A stretch of DNA of 46,246 nt, taken from contig BFEA01000008.1 of NCBI GenBank assembly GCA_003427395.1, positions 5,786,757-5,833,002 on the forward strand, written 5' to 3'. A model generated the notes under the pieces. That model saw only the letters and a program-made list of their open reading frames with translations. It did no database searches and was not told the DNA's origin. The translations under genes and the position numbers were made by a program. Numbering within the stretch: the stretch's first letter is position 1; the number at the start of each line of letters is the position of its first letter. Source of the stretch: Chara braunii (Eukaryota > Plantae > Charophyceae). This document shows, piece by piece, positions 35,741-46,246 of this stretch.

Positions 35741-36650
35741 AAAAATATAGAAGACTATACTACATCAGCAAATTCTGGCCTCCTAATCCTAGAATAACTC
35801 CTAGCCCTCCCTATACCCGGACATAACATCTCAGAGACAATACCATCCTAGCCAACGTCAACCAAAGTTGACCTGTTCTCGCCACCTGGACTATCCCCTG
35901 ACCCATAGGTTGTCAAGGCAGCCCCCCCCCGTTCGCCACTGGATTGCCTTCCTCCCTCAGCAAAACCCCAGATCTCTCTGCAAGGCCTCAGACTCCTGCC
36001 ATTTGCAGGTTACAGGGCATTGCCCCAGCTCCAGCCAGCGTCGTTCTGGGATAGGCAAACCAGGGGCACAGAACAAAGCAACTCTGCCAATATCAGTCCA
36101 GATTCGACCATCTCGGAAATCCTATATCCCAAATGAGGAAGAAGGCCAGATGCTGCCAAGAATTACAGAACACCAGACAATGTTTTTTTTTTTAATGATG
36201 ATGATGATGAGTGTGTAAAAATATAGAAGACTATGCTATATCAGCAATTCTGGCCTCCTAATCCTAGAACAACTCCTAGCCCTATCGGCACCAGGACATT
36301 ACATCTCTGAGACAATGCCATCCTAACTAATGTCAACCGTAGCTGACTTGTTCTCGCCACGTAGACTATCCCTGGACCCATAGGTTGTCAAGGCAGCCCC
36401 CCCCAGTTCACCACTGGATTGCCTTCCTCCCTCAGCAAATTTCCAGATCTCTCTACAAGGCCTCACACTCCTGCCATTTGCAGGTTACATGGCAACACCC
36501 CAGCTCCGGCCAGCGTCGTTCTGACATCGACAAAGCAGGGTCATAGAACAAAGCAACTCTGCAGATATCAGTCCAGATTCGACCATCTTTGAAATCCTAT
36601 ATCCCGAATGAGGAAGAAAATCAGATGCCGTCAAAAATTACAGAACACTA
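35741..36650. repeat. 476-bp tandem duplication, each unit preceded by (GAT)n
   Basis: AAAAATATAGAAGACTAT...TGGCCTCCTAATCCTAGAA... begins at 35741 and 36217. (GAT)n tracts at 35593-35730 and 36195-36210. Confidence 0.9.
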
Positions 36651-37128
36651 AAACGTTTGATCTAACATGATTGAAGACTATGAAATTTTGAAGCACTTGT
36701 TCTGTGAAAGTTAATCTCCCCCTCCCCTCCTTCCCACCCTATCCCAACGCTGCCTCCACTGAAATGGATTACCCAGATCACAGGCATCCCATCTCCGCTG
36801 CAACTTGGGACAGTCCCACATTCCCCCCCATTATCCCTCAAAGGCATACAGTTCTCTCCCAAAGTATGCCTCTGCTCACCTTTTACCCTAGTCTGCCCCC
36901 GTTGGATGTGTATCCCCACCCCAACCCCAGAATAGAGCAACCCACTAAATTTGCTCGCACCCCCTCCAGGGTTTCACCTCCCATCCGGCGTCACCCCTGC
37001 AAAGTGGAGCTCTCCCCTGTTCACTCCACCTTCCATCCATCAGGAAAAAAACGTTGATGCACAGAGAGGAGAATGTAGATACCAGGAACAGGCATTTGAA
37101 CCAAATAAATTTATGCTGGAGAAATTTT

Positions 37129-37330
37129 GAAGACCAGGTTTTTATAAAAGAATTGGATAAGAGTCAACTCATGGAAGCAAATGTAGCAAAAATTAAAACA
37201 TGGAAAGTGAAAATGCAGACTAGAGAAATCTAGAAGACCAGGTTTTTGCAATAAAACTGGATGAGAGTCAGCTTATGGAAGCAAATGCAGCGAAGATAAA
37301 ACCATGGAAAGTCGAAATGTAGATTGGAGA
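37129..37330. repeat. ~104-bp tandem duplication
   Basis: GAAGACCAGGTTTTT...GAGTCA.CT.ATGGAAGCAAATG...CATGGAAAGT occurs twice. Confidence 0.85.
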
Positions 37331-38275
37331 TTCAGAAATTCAAAATGTAGGAATTTAGGTATTAAAAATATCAATCATCTTAGTTCTAGGAGTTGAGACT
37401 TACGATGATTCATGAATATTCTGGAGCATTATTTAGAAATTTAGAAATTTAATTTTGATAATTAATTAGGATATTATTAATAGACAGAGTAGAATGGTTA
37501 TTAGGATGATTATATGTATGATGATTGGATGTTGATTAGCTCTGATGTGGTTACCATGCACGAGCAGACAACACACAAGCAGGCAACGTTAGCATGCAAG
37601 TAGTCAACGCTCAAGCAGCCAGCGCACGAACAGCCAGCACGCTAGTAGCTAGCGCATGAGGAACCATCATGCGCGGAGCCAGCACACTAGTAAGTAGCCA
37701 GCACAACTTCCAGCACCCACACAACCATGCCCGACATTGCCCGCTGACCATATCGAGGAAGATTGGCTCTGCTCTATTGACATTCAAATAAGAACAAAAG
37801 AGAACAAAACAGATGATATTTTGAAAAAAAGAAAAAATGTGAGATGCACCTCCCCCTCCCTCTTTTCTCTAAGAATCTCTAATCCCTACCCCTCTCACAC
37901 TACCTCATCTCCTCCCACTCTCCCTTCCCCCTCCTACATATTCAGCCCCCTCCCCCATCCTCCCCTTCTCCACTTTCTACCTACGAATCCCCCTCGGCGG
38001 CGGCCATCCGCGGACGAGTCCGCGGCCGCGGCCTAGGCCGCGACCCTGCGGACGTGTCCGCGCGGCCGCGCGACTTTGCGGCCGCATGGCGGCCAGTGGG
38101 GAGGGGGGTTTGGGATTTGGGAAGCGCCATGGGGCGGCGCAACCCCAGCCCCACCCCCTCAAAGAAAAAAGAAAAAAAAAGAAAGCAAATTTTTCGGTGG
38201 GGGGTTTGGGTGAGTGAAGGTATTTCAAAAAAAAAAAAAAAAAAAAAAACAGCGTTTTTTTTGTTTTTTCTTTTC

Positions 38276-38332
<57 letters not shown>

Positions 38333-38432
38333 CCCCACAGGCACACACACACACACACACACACACATAGGTAGGATTGTATATTCCCATGTCCTAGCCG
38401 AAGATTCATTTGATTTTGCTTTTTTTTTTTTC

Positions 38433-38480
<48 letters not shown>
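38276..38480. repeat. (ATTG)n x2 and (CA)n microsatellites
   Basis: (ATTG)n at 38276-38331 and 38433-38480. (CA)n at 38342-38367. Confidence 0.95.
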
Positions 38481-38482
<2 letters not shown>

Positions 38483-39706
38483 GGGGGTGGGGTCGCCCCC
38501 CCACCCNNNNNNNNNNNNNNNNNNNNNNNNNNNNNNNNNNNNNNNNNNNNNNNNNNNNNNNNNNNNNNNNNNNNNNNNNNNNNNNNNNNNNNNNNNNNNN
38601 NNNNNNNNNNNNNNNNNNNNNNNNNNNNNNNNNNNNNNNNNNNNNNNNNNNNNNNNNNNNNNNNNNNNNNNNNNNNNNNNNNNNNNNNNNNNNNNNNNNN
38701 NNNNNNNNNNNNNNNNNNNNNNNNNNNNNNNNNNNNNNNNNNNNNNNNNNNNNNNNNNNNNNNNNNNNNNNNNNNNNNNNNNNNNNNNNNNNNNNNNNNN
38801 NNNNNNNNNNNNNNNNNNNNNNNNNNNNNNNNNNNNNNNNNNNNNNNNNNNGTATGTCCTCCCCTTGATTTTTTCTAAGTCTTTTTGTGTGCCCAATTGA
38901 GCACCCTTAAGTAGTGCCAAACAGTCGGTGGTTCCTCGTTTGGAGTGCGAACTGCACTCTTAGGGGGGCTGCTCGGTTCGGGATGTCTGTGTTGCCTGTC
39001 AGTGATGACGGATGGTCGTCGGAATGTCCCCCTGGCACAGCGGGTGGTGGGAACCAACAGTCTGTGGGGTTCTATCGTGATGTGAGTAGGTCATGTGCTG
39101 CTTTGCTCCGTGTTCGATGTGTAGACTGTTTTGTCTGCGCTCTGCCACGATCTTGCTGCTCGTGCCGCTTGCTTTGCAGGTCGTCCTCGCTACTCTGCTG
39201 CCTTGCCGCTTGCCTGTGGGTCGTGCCTCCCGTGTCTTTTGCTCGCGTGCCTTGTGGTTTGGTAGCCTTGTGGTGGTGCCTCGCGCTTCGCTGCACGGTT
39301 GCTGAGCTGCTTGTCCGTGTGCCCTGTCGGTCTTCAGTGTCCTTTGCGTGCATGCCTTGTAGTCTGGTTGCCTTATTGGTGGTGCCTTGTGCTTCACTGC
39401 ACGGTTGCCGAGCTGCTCGTCTGCTTGCCCTGCTGGCCTTCCGCGTCCCTTACTTGCTTGTGTGCCTTGTAGTCTCGTCGCCTTGCTCATGTTGCCTTGC
39501 GCTGCACCGCACGGTTGCCGAGCTGCTCGTCCGCTTGCCCTGTCATTCCTTGCAGTCGTCTTTGGTGATAAGCAGTTGAGTTGCCTCTACTGTGTTGCCT
39601 GGTGCTCCTCAGGGTTGCTGCCCGATGCTATGTCCCGCTTGGGGACAGTCTGCCTTCAACATGGGTCAAAGGGTTCATGACCCAAACCATCAAATACGGG
39701 GATTCC

Positions 39707-39766
39707 ACAGATTGTCGAGGGTTCAGCCTCCTGATGAGTCGGTGCAACTCCGACGAAACAGTCTGT
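39707..39766 (+). ncRNA. Type III hammerhead ribozyme, intact core, predicted cleavage after C39716
   Basis: ACAGAUUGU-C^-GAGG-guucag-CCUC-CUGAUGA-GUCGG-ugcaacu-CCGAC-GAA-ACAGUCUGU. Stems I (4 bp), II (5 bp) and open III (9 bp) all pair, and the CUGAUGA, GAAA and GUC core elements are all present. Confidence 0.93.
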
Positions 39767-41618
39767 CATCACCAACGTTTGTTTATTTTATTTTTTTCGC
39801 TCTCCGTTTTTCCAACTTGGTATCAGTACTTGTGTCTCTTTCGCTTCTTGCTTTGTTGGTTACCTGCCCGCCCTCCTCCCCCATGTCCTCCACCCGTGAC
39901 TTGCAACCTCTTGTTGTCCAGTGCCTTGTTACCTCGCCATCATCTGCCTCACTATGTTTTGCCTTAAACGGCCTTTGCATCTTGCTATTCCATGAGTATC
40001 TTAGTCGGGCGCATGGGAACTCCTAACCTTTTTATGAGCCTTGACAAGAGCAAGCGCGAAAGAGCGTATGAAGGGATGTGTCAGATCTCCTCTGTTGGTC
40101 AGTACACCAACCTTGATGGTTATGCCATCGTTGCTCCCCGCTCTTCCTAACACCCTAATCTGCTCCCCCTAATTAATCCTCCACTTTCCTATGGAGTTGA
40201 TAACTACGGGATTACCCTTCCGGGTCTTCCCCCTAACCTGTGCTATGTTAAGCCTGCAGCTAACACTACGTGACGCTACGTTTGGACTGAAGGATGGTCT
40301 GGTTCCCCATGATTATGGGGCTGTCGTGTTATACACACCCATTACGCACATACCCGGATACATTATCCAGTTGATGAGCAGGGGTAGACTCCCCTGCTGA
40401 CCGACCTGATGTCTTGCCCAACGTCCTTCCACGTTCCTTAACTTTATGCAGAACAACATACTAACCGCACATTACCTCTCTTCTCTCGAAATGTCTCGAG
40501 TTCCACATAAGCTAACCTCTGGCAAATGCTTCTCCCATGCGAACAAAGGCCAATGTTTTTCGTGAAGTACATACTCGTTGCTTTGCTGGTATCAGTTGTG
40601 TATGTGTTTGTCTGTTTGTGTGTGCGGAGTCCAGGGGCATGTGGCTGAATGGCCTAGTGCCCCAGGACACTAGTCCATCCGGCCCGTCCTCATGGAGGGA
40701 TAGGGGAGGGACAGACACACACACACAGACAATCAGTTTTATGTTGTTGGTCCTCCTTCTGTCGTATGTCCTCCCCTTGATTTTTTCTAAGTCTTTTTGT
40801 GTGCCCAATTGCGCACCCTTAAGTAGTGCCAAACAGTCGGTGGTTCCTCGTTTGGAGTGCAAACTGCACTCTTAGGGGGGCTGCTCGGTTCGGGACGTCT
40901 GTGTTGCCTGTCGGTGATGACGGATGGTCGTTGGAGTGTCCCCCTGGCTCAACGGGTGGTGGGAACCAACAGTCTACGAGGTTCTATCGTGATGTGAGTA
41001 GGTCATGTGCTGCTTTGCTTCGTGTTGGATGTGTAGACTGTTTTGTCTGCACTCTGCCACGGTCTTGTTGCTCGTGCCGCTTGCTTTGCAGGTCGTCCTC
41101 GCTGCTCTGCTGCCTTGCCGCTTGCCTGCGGGTCGTGCCTCCCGTGTCTTTTGCTTGTGTGCCTTGTGGTTTGGTAGCCTTGTGGTGATGCCTTGCGCTT
41201 CGCTGCACGGTTGCTGAGCTTCTTGTCCGTGTGCCCTGTCGGCCTTCAGTGTCCTTTGCGTGCATGCCTTGTAGTCTGGTTGCCTTGTTGGTGGTGCCTT
41301 GTGCTTCACTGCACGGTTGCCGAGCTGCTCGTCTGCTTGCCCTGCTGGCCTTCCGCGTCCCTTACTTACTTGTGTGCCTTGTAGTCTCGTCGCCTTGCTA
41401 ATGTTGCCTTGCGCTGCACCGCACGGTTGCCGAGCTGCTCGTCCACTTGCCCTACCATTCCTTGCAGTCGTCTTTGGTGATAAGCAATTGAGTTGCCTCT
41501 ACTGTGTTGACTGGTGCTCCACAGGGTTGCTGCCGGTTGCTATGTCCCGCTTGGGGACAGTCTGCCTTCAACATGGGTCAAAGGGTTCATGACCCAAACC
41601 ATCAAATACGGGGATTCC

Positions 41619-41678
41619 GCAGATTGTTGAGGGTTCCGCCTCCTGATGAGTCGGTGCAATTCCGACAAAACAGTCTGT
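41619..41678 (+). ncRNA. Type III hammerhead ribozyme, second copy, core mutated (GAAA->AAAA; GUC->GUU)
   Basis: GCAGAUUGU-U-GAGG-guuccg-CCUC-CUGAUGA-GUCGG-ugcaauu-CCGAC-AAA-ACAGUCUGU. Confidence 0.85.
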
Positions 41679-43072
41679 CATCACCAGCGTTTGTTTATTT
41701 TATTTCTTTCGCTCTTCGTTTTTTCAACTTGGTATCAGTACTTGTGCCTCTTTCGCTTCTTGCTTTGTGCTGGTTACCTGCCCGCCCTCCTCCCCCNTGT
41801 CCTCCACCCTATGTGACTTGCAACTTCTTGTTGTCCAGTGCCTTGTTACCTCGCCATCATCTGCCTCATTGTGTTTTGCCTTAAACGGCCTTTGCATCAT
41901 GCTATTCCATGGGTACCTTAGTCGGGCGCATCGGAACTCCTAACCCTCTAATGAGCCTTGACGAGAGCAAGCGCCAAAGAGCGTATGAAGAGATGTGCCA
42001 TCCCTCCTCTGTTGGTCAGTACACCAACCTTGATGGTTATGCCATCGTTGCTCCCTGCTCTTCCTAATACCCTAATCTGCTTCCCCCTAATTAATCATCC
42101 ACTTTCCTATGGAGTTGATGACTATGGGATAACCCTTCCGGGTCTTCCCCTTAACCTGTGCTATGTTAAGCCTGCAGCTAACACTTAGTCTACGTGATGC
42201 TACGTTTGGACTGAAGGATGGTCTGGTTCCCCATGATTATGGGGCTGCCGTATTATACACACCCATTACACACACACNNNNNNNNNNNNNNNNNNNNNNN
42301 NNNNNNNNNNNNNNNNNNNNNNNNNNNNNNNNNNNNNNNNNNNNNNNNNNNNNNNNNNNNNNNNNNNNNNNNNNNNNNNNNNNNNNNNNNNNNNNNNNNN
42401 NNNNNNNNNNNNNNNNNNNNNNNNNNNNNNNNNNNNNNNNNNNNNNNNNNNNNNNNNNNNNNNNNNNNNNNNNNNNNNNNNNNNNNNNNNNNNNNNNNNN
42501 NNNNNNNNNNNNNNNNNNNNNNNNNNNNNNNNNNNNNNNNNNNNNNNNNNNNNNNNNNNNNNNCCAACCAAAAATCCCCCCAAAAAATAAAACTTTTTTT
42601 TTTATATTTATTTTTCAATTTCTCTTCTCCACCTTTTCTGTTTTTTATTTTTTAAAATTCTAAAAACTTATTTGTTTCCAAAAAAAAATAAATGGGGTTA
42701 TAGGGACTAAAAATCCCTACAACCCTATATATATATATATTTTTTTTTTACCCATGATTTAATTCAGGGAAAATAAAGTAAATTCACGTCCGCGACGCGG
42801 ACGAGGTCGGTCGCGGACGCGGCCGTATATACGCCCGACATCCGAGCTCGACCCCGTGGACGCGTCCGCGGGTGTTTCATAGCTTTCTACCATCCTCTCC
42901 CTCCATCTCCCATCTCCTACCCCAGAAAAAGGAGGGTGAAGTAGAAGGGTATGAAAGAGGAGGGAAAGAAGGAGAAAGACTACCGATGAAAAGAGGTAAC
43001 GAAGAAGGGATGATAATGATAATGATGATGAAGAAGTTGTTACCCTTCTAAAAGAGTGTCTCCCTTCTCAGT

Positions 43073-43073
43073 A

Positions 43074-43115
<42 letters not shown>

Positions 43116-43135
43116 GTTAACGATGATGATGATGA
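43073..43135. repeat. (GAT)n microsatellite
   Basis: Direct reading of the sequence. Confidence 0.95.
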
Positions 43136-43685
43136 CAAAACTGAAGATGAAGCTGATGATGACTACCATCTTGATAATGATACCACAGCTAACTTGCTGC
43201 TGCTCAGTTTCTGTAGAAAGCTCACTATCTCCTGCATTCACCCCGCAGCCCGTACTTGCCATCACGACACTTCAACCAAAGAGGTACTCTTACCACCTCC
43301 AGGTCCTGCGCTCGCCATTGCTAGCACTTGCTCCACAGTGAATACATGAAGACAAAGCCATGCCTCTCAATCACTTATTCCCCTCAACAGCAAGCAGCCC
43401 GAACAGATGATGATGATGATTGTTGATGAGTGACATCCCCCCCCACAAGCTATTGCCCTGCCACTGATAATGATGAAGATACGTGTGCCACATGATGAGC
43501 GTACTCCTGGCATTGATGATTACAAAACCCCGTCGCACCCACTCTCCATAACGGACAGTATTCCACCATCCTTGTCAAGAAAGTATGCTCCCTCACGAAA
43601 ACAAACCTCCCCTTCCCTCTGCACACCAGCCTGTGGTGCCGCTAGAGGAAAGTACAAAGCAAGCACTCCCCCTTCATAGCCAAAA

Positions 43686-43930
43686 ATAGCAGCCCGCCCT
43701 CTGCCTGCCAGTAGAAGCGCCCGCCAGAAGCCGTGCCCGCCAGCAGCCGCACCCACCAGCAGCAGCGCTTCCGCCAACAGCACCCTCCATCAGCAGCGCC
43801 CGCCAGCAGGCATCCGCCGTCAGCAGCGCCCGCCAGCAGCAGCGCCCGCCAGTAGCGCTTCCGCCAGCAGCACCCTCCATCAGCAGCGCCCGCCAGCAGG
43901 CACCCGCCATCAGCAACGCCTGCCAGCCAG
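43686..43930. repeat. GC-rich CAGCAGCGCCCGC minisatellite with an ~87-bp higher-order duplication
   Basis: AGCGCTTCCGCCA.CAGCACCCTCCATCAGCAGCGCCCGCCAGCAGGCA occurs twice. Confidence 0.8.
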
Positions 43931-45280
43931 CTGTGCGTCATTCGCCAACAGCCGCGCCCACCCAGACGCATCTATCCCAGATCAGGTAACTCTAGCGAAG
44001 CTGTACTGCATGACCTTACCAAAAATAGAAAGAAATGAAACGACGAAAATGGAACCCACACAAGTGCAGCCTCCTCGCTGCGAACTGTTGTCGTTGTCGC
44101 TGTTAGCACTGCAGGCGCTGTTATCATTGTTAAAAGCGCTAATGATGATGATGCATCTGTCGTTTCTGTTATTTTTGTTATTGTTGTTATTACCACTGTT
44201 GTCTTCGCCGCTGCCGAGGCTGCTAATGATGATGTCATTGTTGTTATTGTTGTTGGTGTTGAATCCTTCATTGTCTTCGCAGCCGCCGATATCGTTGTTG
44301 TTGTTGCTGTTATCACCGCGGTTGTCTCCGCCACTGCCGATGCTGCGAATGATCATGCCATTGTTGTTATCGCTGTTAGTGCTGTACCCGCCAGTATCCG
44401 TGATGTTGATGTTGTTGTTGTTGTTGTTATTGATGTTGGCACTGTTACCTTCGTCGCTGCCTATGCCACCTCCATGTCATTTTGGCCCTCCAGTCGTTGG
44501 CACTGTTACCTTCGTCGCTTCCTATGCCACCTCCATGTCATTCTCGCCCTCCATCCGCTCCTCCAACAAACACCGCAGGTTGAAACCCTCAGTGAAGAGG
44601 GCATAACGCATGGCCATCATACAATCCGCCCTCCTCCAATCGATGCAGGCTTCGAGCTGGGGATCCGGCCCCTCCTCCAGCTCCCATATAGTATCCAGCA
44701 TGTCCTCGGTCATGTCATTCAACCAATCAGCCAGAGAGATCGCTCCCCCTTCGACCTCTGGTTCCTTGTGCGACCGCAAAGACAACTCCCTCACAATCTC
44801 CTGTAGCCGCATGTATCCCTTCTCCAAGGTAATCAGCCATTCGTCTGCTCCATGTTGTAGCTACCCCACCAACTCCATCTCTTACCTACAACAAGGGGAC
44901 CCGCCGCGGCTTTGCCCGCGGCAGACCAGGAGGTTGGAGGAAGAAGGGTCCATACAGAACGAAGGAGAAGTCAAGGCCCAAGTTGAAGAACGAACTAATT
45001 ACAGAATGGGTCTGAAAAGAACGAACCACACACACACACACACATAATTATAATCATTACTACAAATTACAATAATAAATTACGATAATATTATTAGTAT
45101 AATAGTATATATAATATAGTTATAATAATAACCACTCGGCCAACTGACGAACCACAACCATTCTCTGCCCTATGAAGTGCACACCACCTCAAACATGCAT
45201 CTCTCTCAACATACACAATGATGGACAAAAAGAAAAAAGAAAAAAAACAATGACAGACATTTTGTTCCCTACATGATGCT

Positions 45281-45548
45281 AGTCTATAGGTTCAAGACTC
45301 CAGATAACGACCCTTCCCCCCCCAAAAAAAAAATGGAAATCCGCGGGTTCAAATCAGGAATGCAGGCAAGGCGAAGGGGTGAGATGAGTAGGTAGGTGAA
45401 ACTCCGATGAAACAGATTTTCACAGCCCCTGGTTTGTAACAGTTGTCCTCTTCTCCTGTCTGCCAACGGTTCCCGTTTGGCAATTCTCTACCTATACCAC
45501 TCCCCCGCGCAAGTAAGTGTGTCTGTGTGCGCGTGTGTGCGTGTGTGT

Positions 45549-45642
<94 letters not shown>

Positions 45643-46043
45643 ACACACTTGCGCGGGGCTTGGAAGAGTTCCATCGAAGCCCTCGCTGATTTGAAACTAA
45701 CCCCGCTCAACTAACTGTGTGTGTAATCAACCAATCAATCAATCCCCCTCCCCCCCGCCCAAAAAAAAGAAAAAACGCGGATTATGCCGCTGAACGATTC
45801 GACAGTCTATAGGTTCGAGGCTACAGATAACGACCCTCCCCCCCCTCTCGCCAAAAAAAAAAAACGGAAATCCGCGGCCTCAAATCAAGAATGCAGGCAA
45901 GGCGAAGAGGCGGACAAATGTGACGAGATGAATAGGTAGGTGAAACTCCGATGAAACAGTTTTTCACAGCGCCTGATTTGTTGTCCTCTTCTCCTCTCTG
46001 CCAACGGCTCACATCTGGCAATTCTCTACTTATACCACTGCCC

Positions 46044-46096
<53 letters not shown>

Positions 46097-46140
46097 ACTT
46101 GCGCGGGGCTTGAAAGACTGCCATGCCGCTGAACAATTCG
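45281..46140. repeat. Two ~523-bp-spaced direct repeats, each containing (CA)n bounded by CCCCGCGC / GCGCGGGG
   Basis: AGTCTATAGGTTC...GGAAATCCGCGG...ATGCAGGCAAGGCGAAG...TAGGTAGGTGAAACTCCGATGAAACAG begins at 45281 and 45804. Confidence 0.88.
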
Positions 46141-46169
46141 GTGGAAGTAAGTGTGTGTGTGTGTGTATG

Positions 46170-46171
<2 letters not shown>

Positions 46172-46246
<75 letters not shown>
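46172..46246. repeat. (CT)n microsatellite
   Basis: Direct reading of the sequence. Confidence 0.97.

Larger units (their letters stand above)
35445..36655 (-). mobile_element. 3' end of a fourth poly(A)-tailed retroelement (truncated LINE 3' UTR or SINE-like), with no recognisable coding
   Basis: T25 at 35445-35469. A covarying copy of the LINE 3' hairpin lies ~90 nt from the tail. The 5' boundary and TSD were not found, so the extent is a guess. Confidence 0.5.
38852..42277 (+). mobile_element. 1912-bp non-coding head-to-tail repeat (1.8 copies visible), each unit with a hammerhead ribozyme: retrozyme-like element
   Basis: 38852 aligns with 40764, and the two hammerheads are also exactly 1912 bp apart. 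Each unit has three internal ~107-bp subrepeats. No RT or other recognisable ORF. Both ends abut N gaps. Confidence 0.8.
37981..42882. mobile_element. Non-autonomous hAT-like DNA transposon with nested insertion
   Basis: 8-bp TSD CTTTCTAC at 37973-37980 and 42883-42890. Imperfect TIRs: CTACGAATCCCCTCGG versus reverse complement CTATGAAACACCCGCGG. Both ends have CpG-rich CCGCGGAC/GTCCGCG subterminal motifs. Confidence 0.75.

Noticed and set aside
39818-39826. TGGTATCAG (also 41730-41738) as a tRNA-iMet primer-binding site after an LTR
   Set aside because: Only 9 nt of the usual TGGTATCAGAGC match, and no matching PPT + TG LTR start was found. Kept only as a weak hint of LTR-retrozyme ancestry.
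38914-41884. Cys/Leu-rich and Arg/Gln-rich ORFs in the 1912-bp repeat
   Set aside because: They arise from TG-skewed subrepeats, frames are not preserved between the two copies, and no motifs are present.
43972-44606. Poly-Leu/Thr/Asn ORFs
   Set aside because: They are translations of degenerate (TTG)/(GAT) trinucleotide repeats, open in several frames at once.
46091-46112. ACACTTACTTGCGCGGGG resembling the U1 snRNA 5' end
   Set aside because: The match is short and imperfect, no downstream U1 stems or Sm site follow, and it is explained as the arm of a local inverted repeat.

Overview
Repeat-rich eukaryotic DNA with assembly gaps and many microsatellites. No intact host gene is recognisable. 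The repeat style suggests a large plant or streptophyte-alga genome, but this is inference only. In order: (1) simple repeats and a Helitron-like 3' end on the minus strand at 671. (2) A decayed DNA transposon (~2.2-10.6 kb) with an intron-split, Sola1-like DDD transposase pseudogene, large palindromes and a recurring GTTATAG-NN-CTATAA motif. (3) A nest of three diverged L1/Tx1-type LINEs. LINE-A spans 10.6-16.4 kb (+). LINE-B starts at LINE-A's poly(A). LINE-C (-, 11.1 kb, full-length, 14-bp TSD) is inserted into LINE-B. (4) A fourth poly(A)-tailed, apparently non-coding 3' end on the minus strand at ~35.4-36.7 kb. (5) A non-autonomous hAT-like element (8-bp TSD, 37981-42882) containing a 1912-bp non-coding tandem repeat, each unit carrying a type III hammerhead ribozyme (retrozyme-like). 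Highlights are the hammerhead tandem repeat, a conserved hairpin-plus-pseudoknot RNA motif at the 3' ends of three different poly(A) retroelements (with compensatory changes), and an unrecognised conserved domain at the C-terminus of LINE ORF1.
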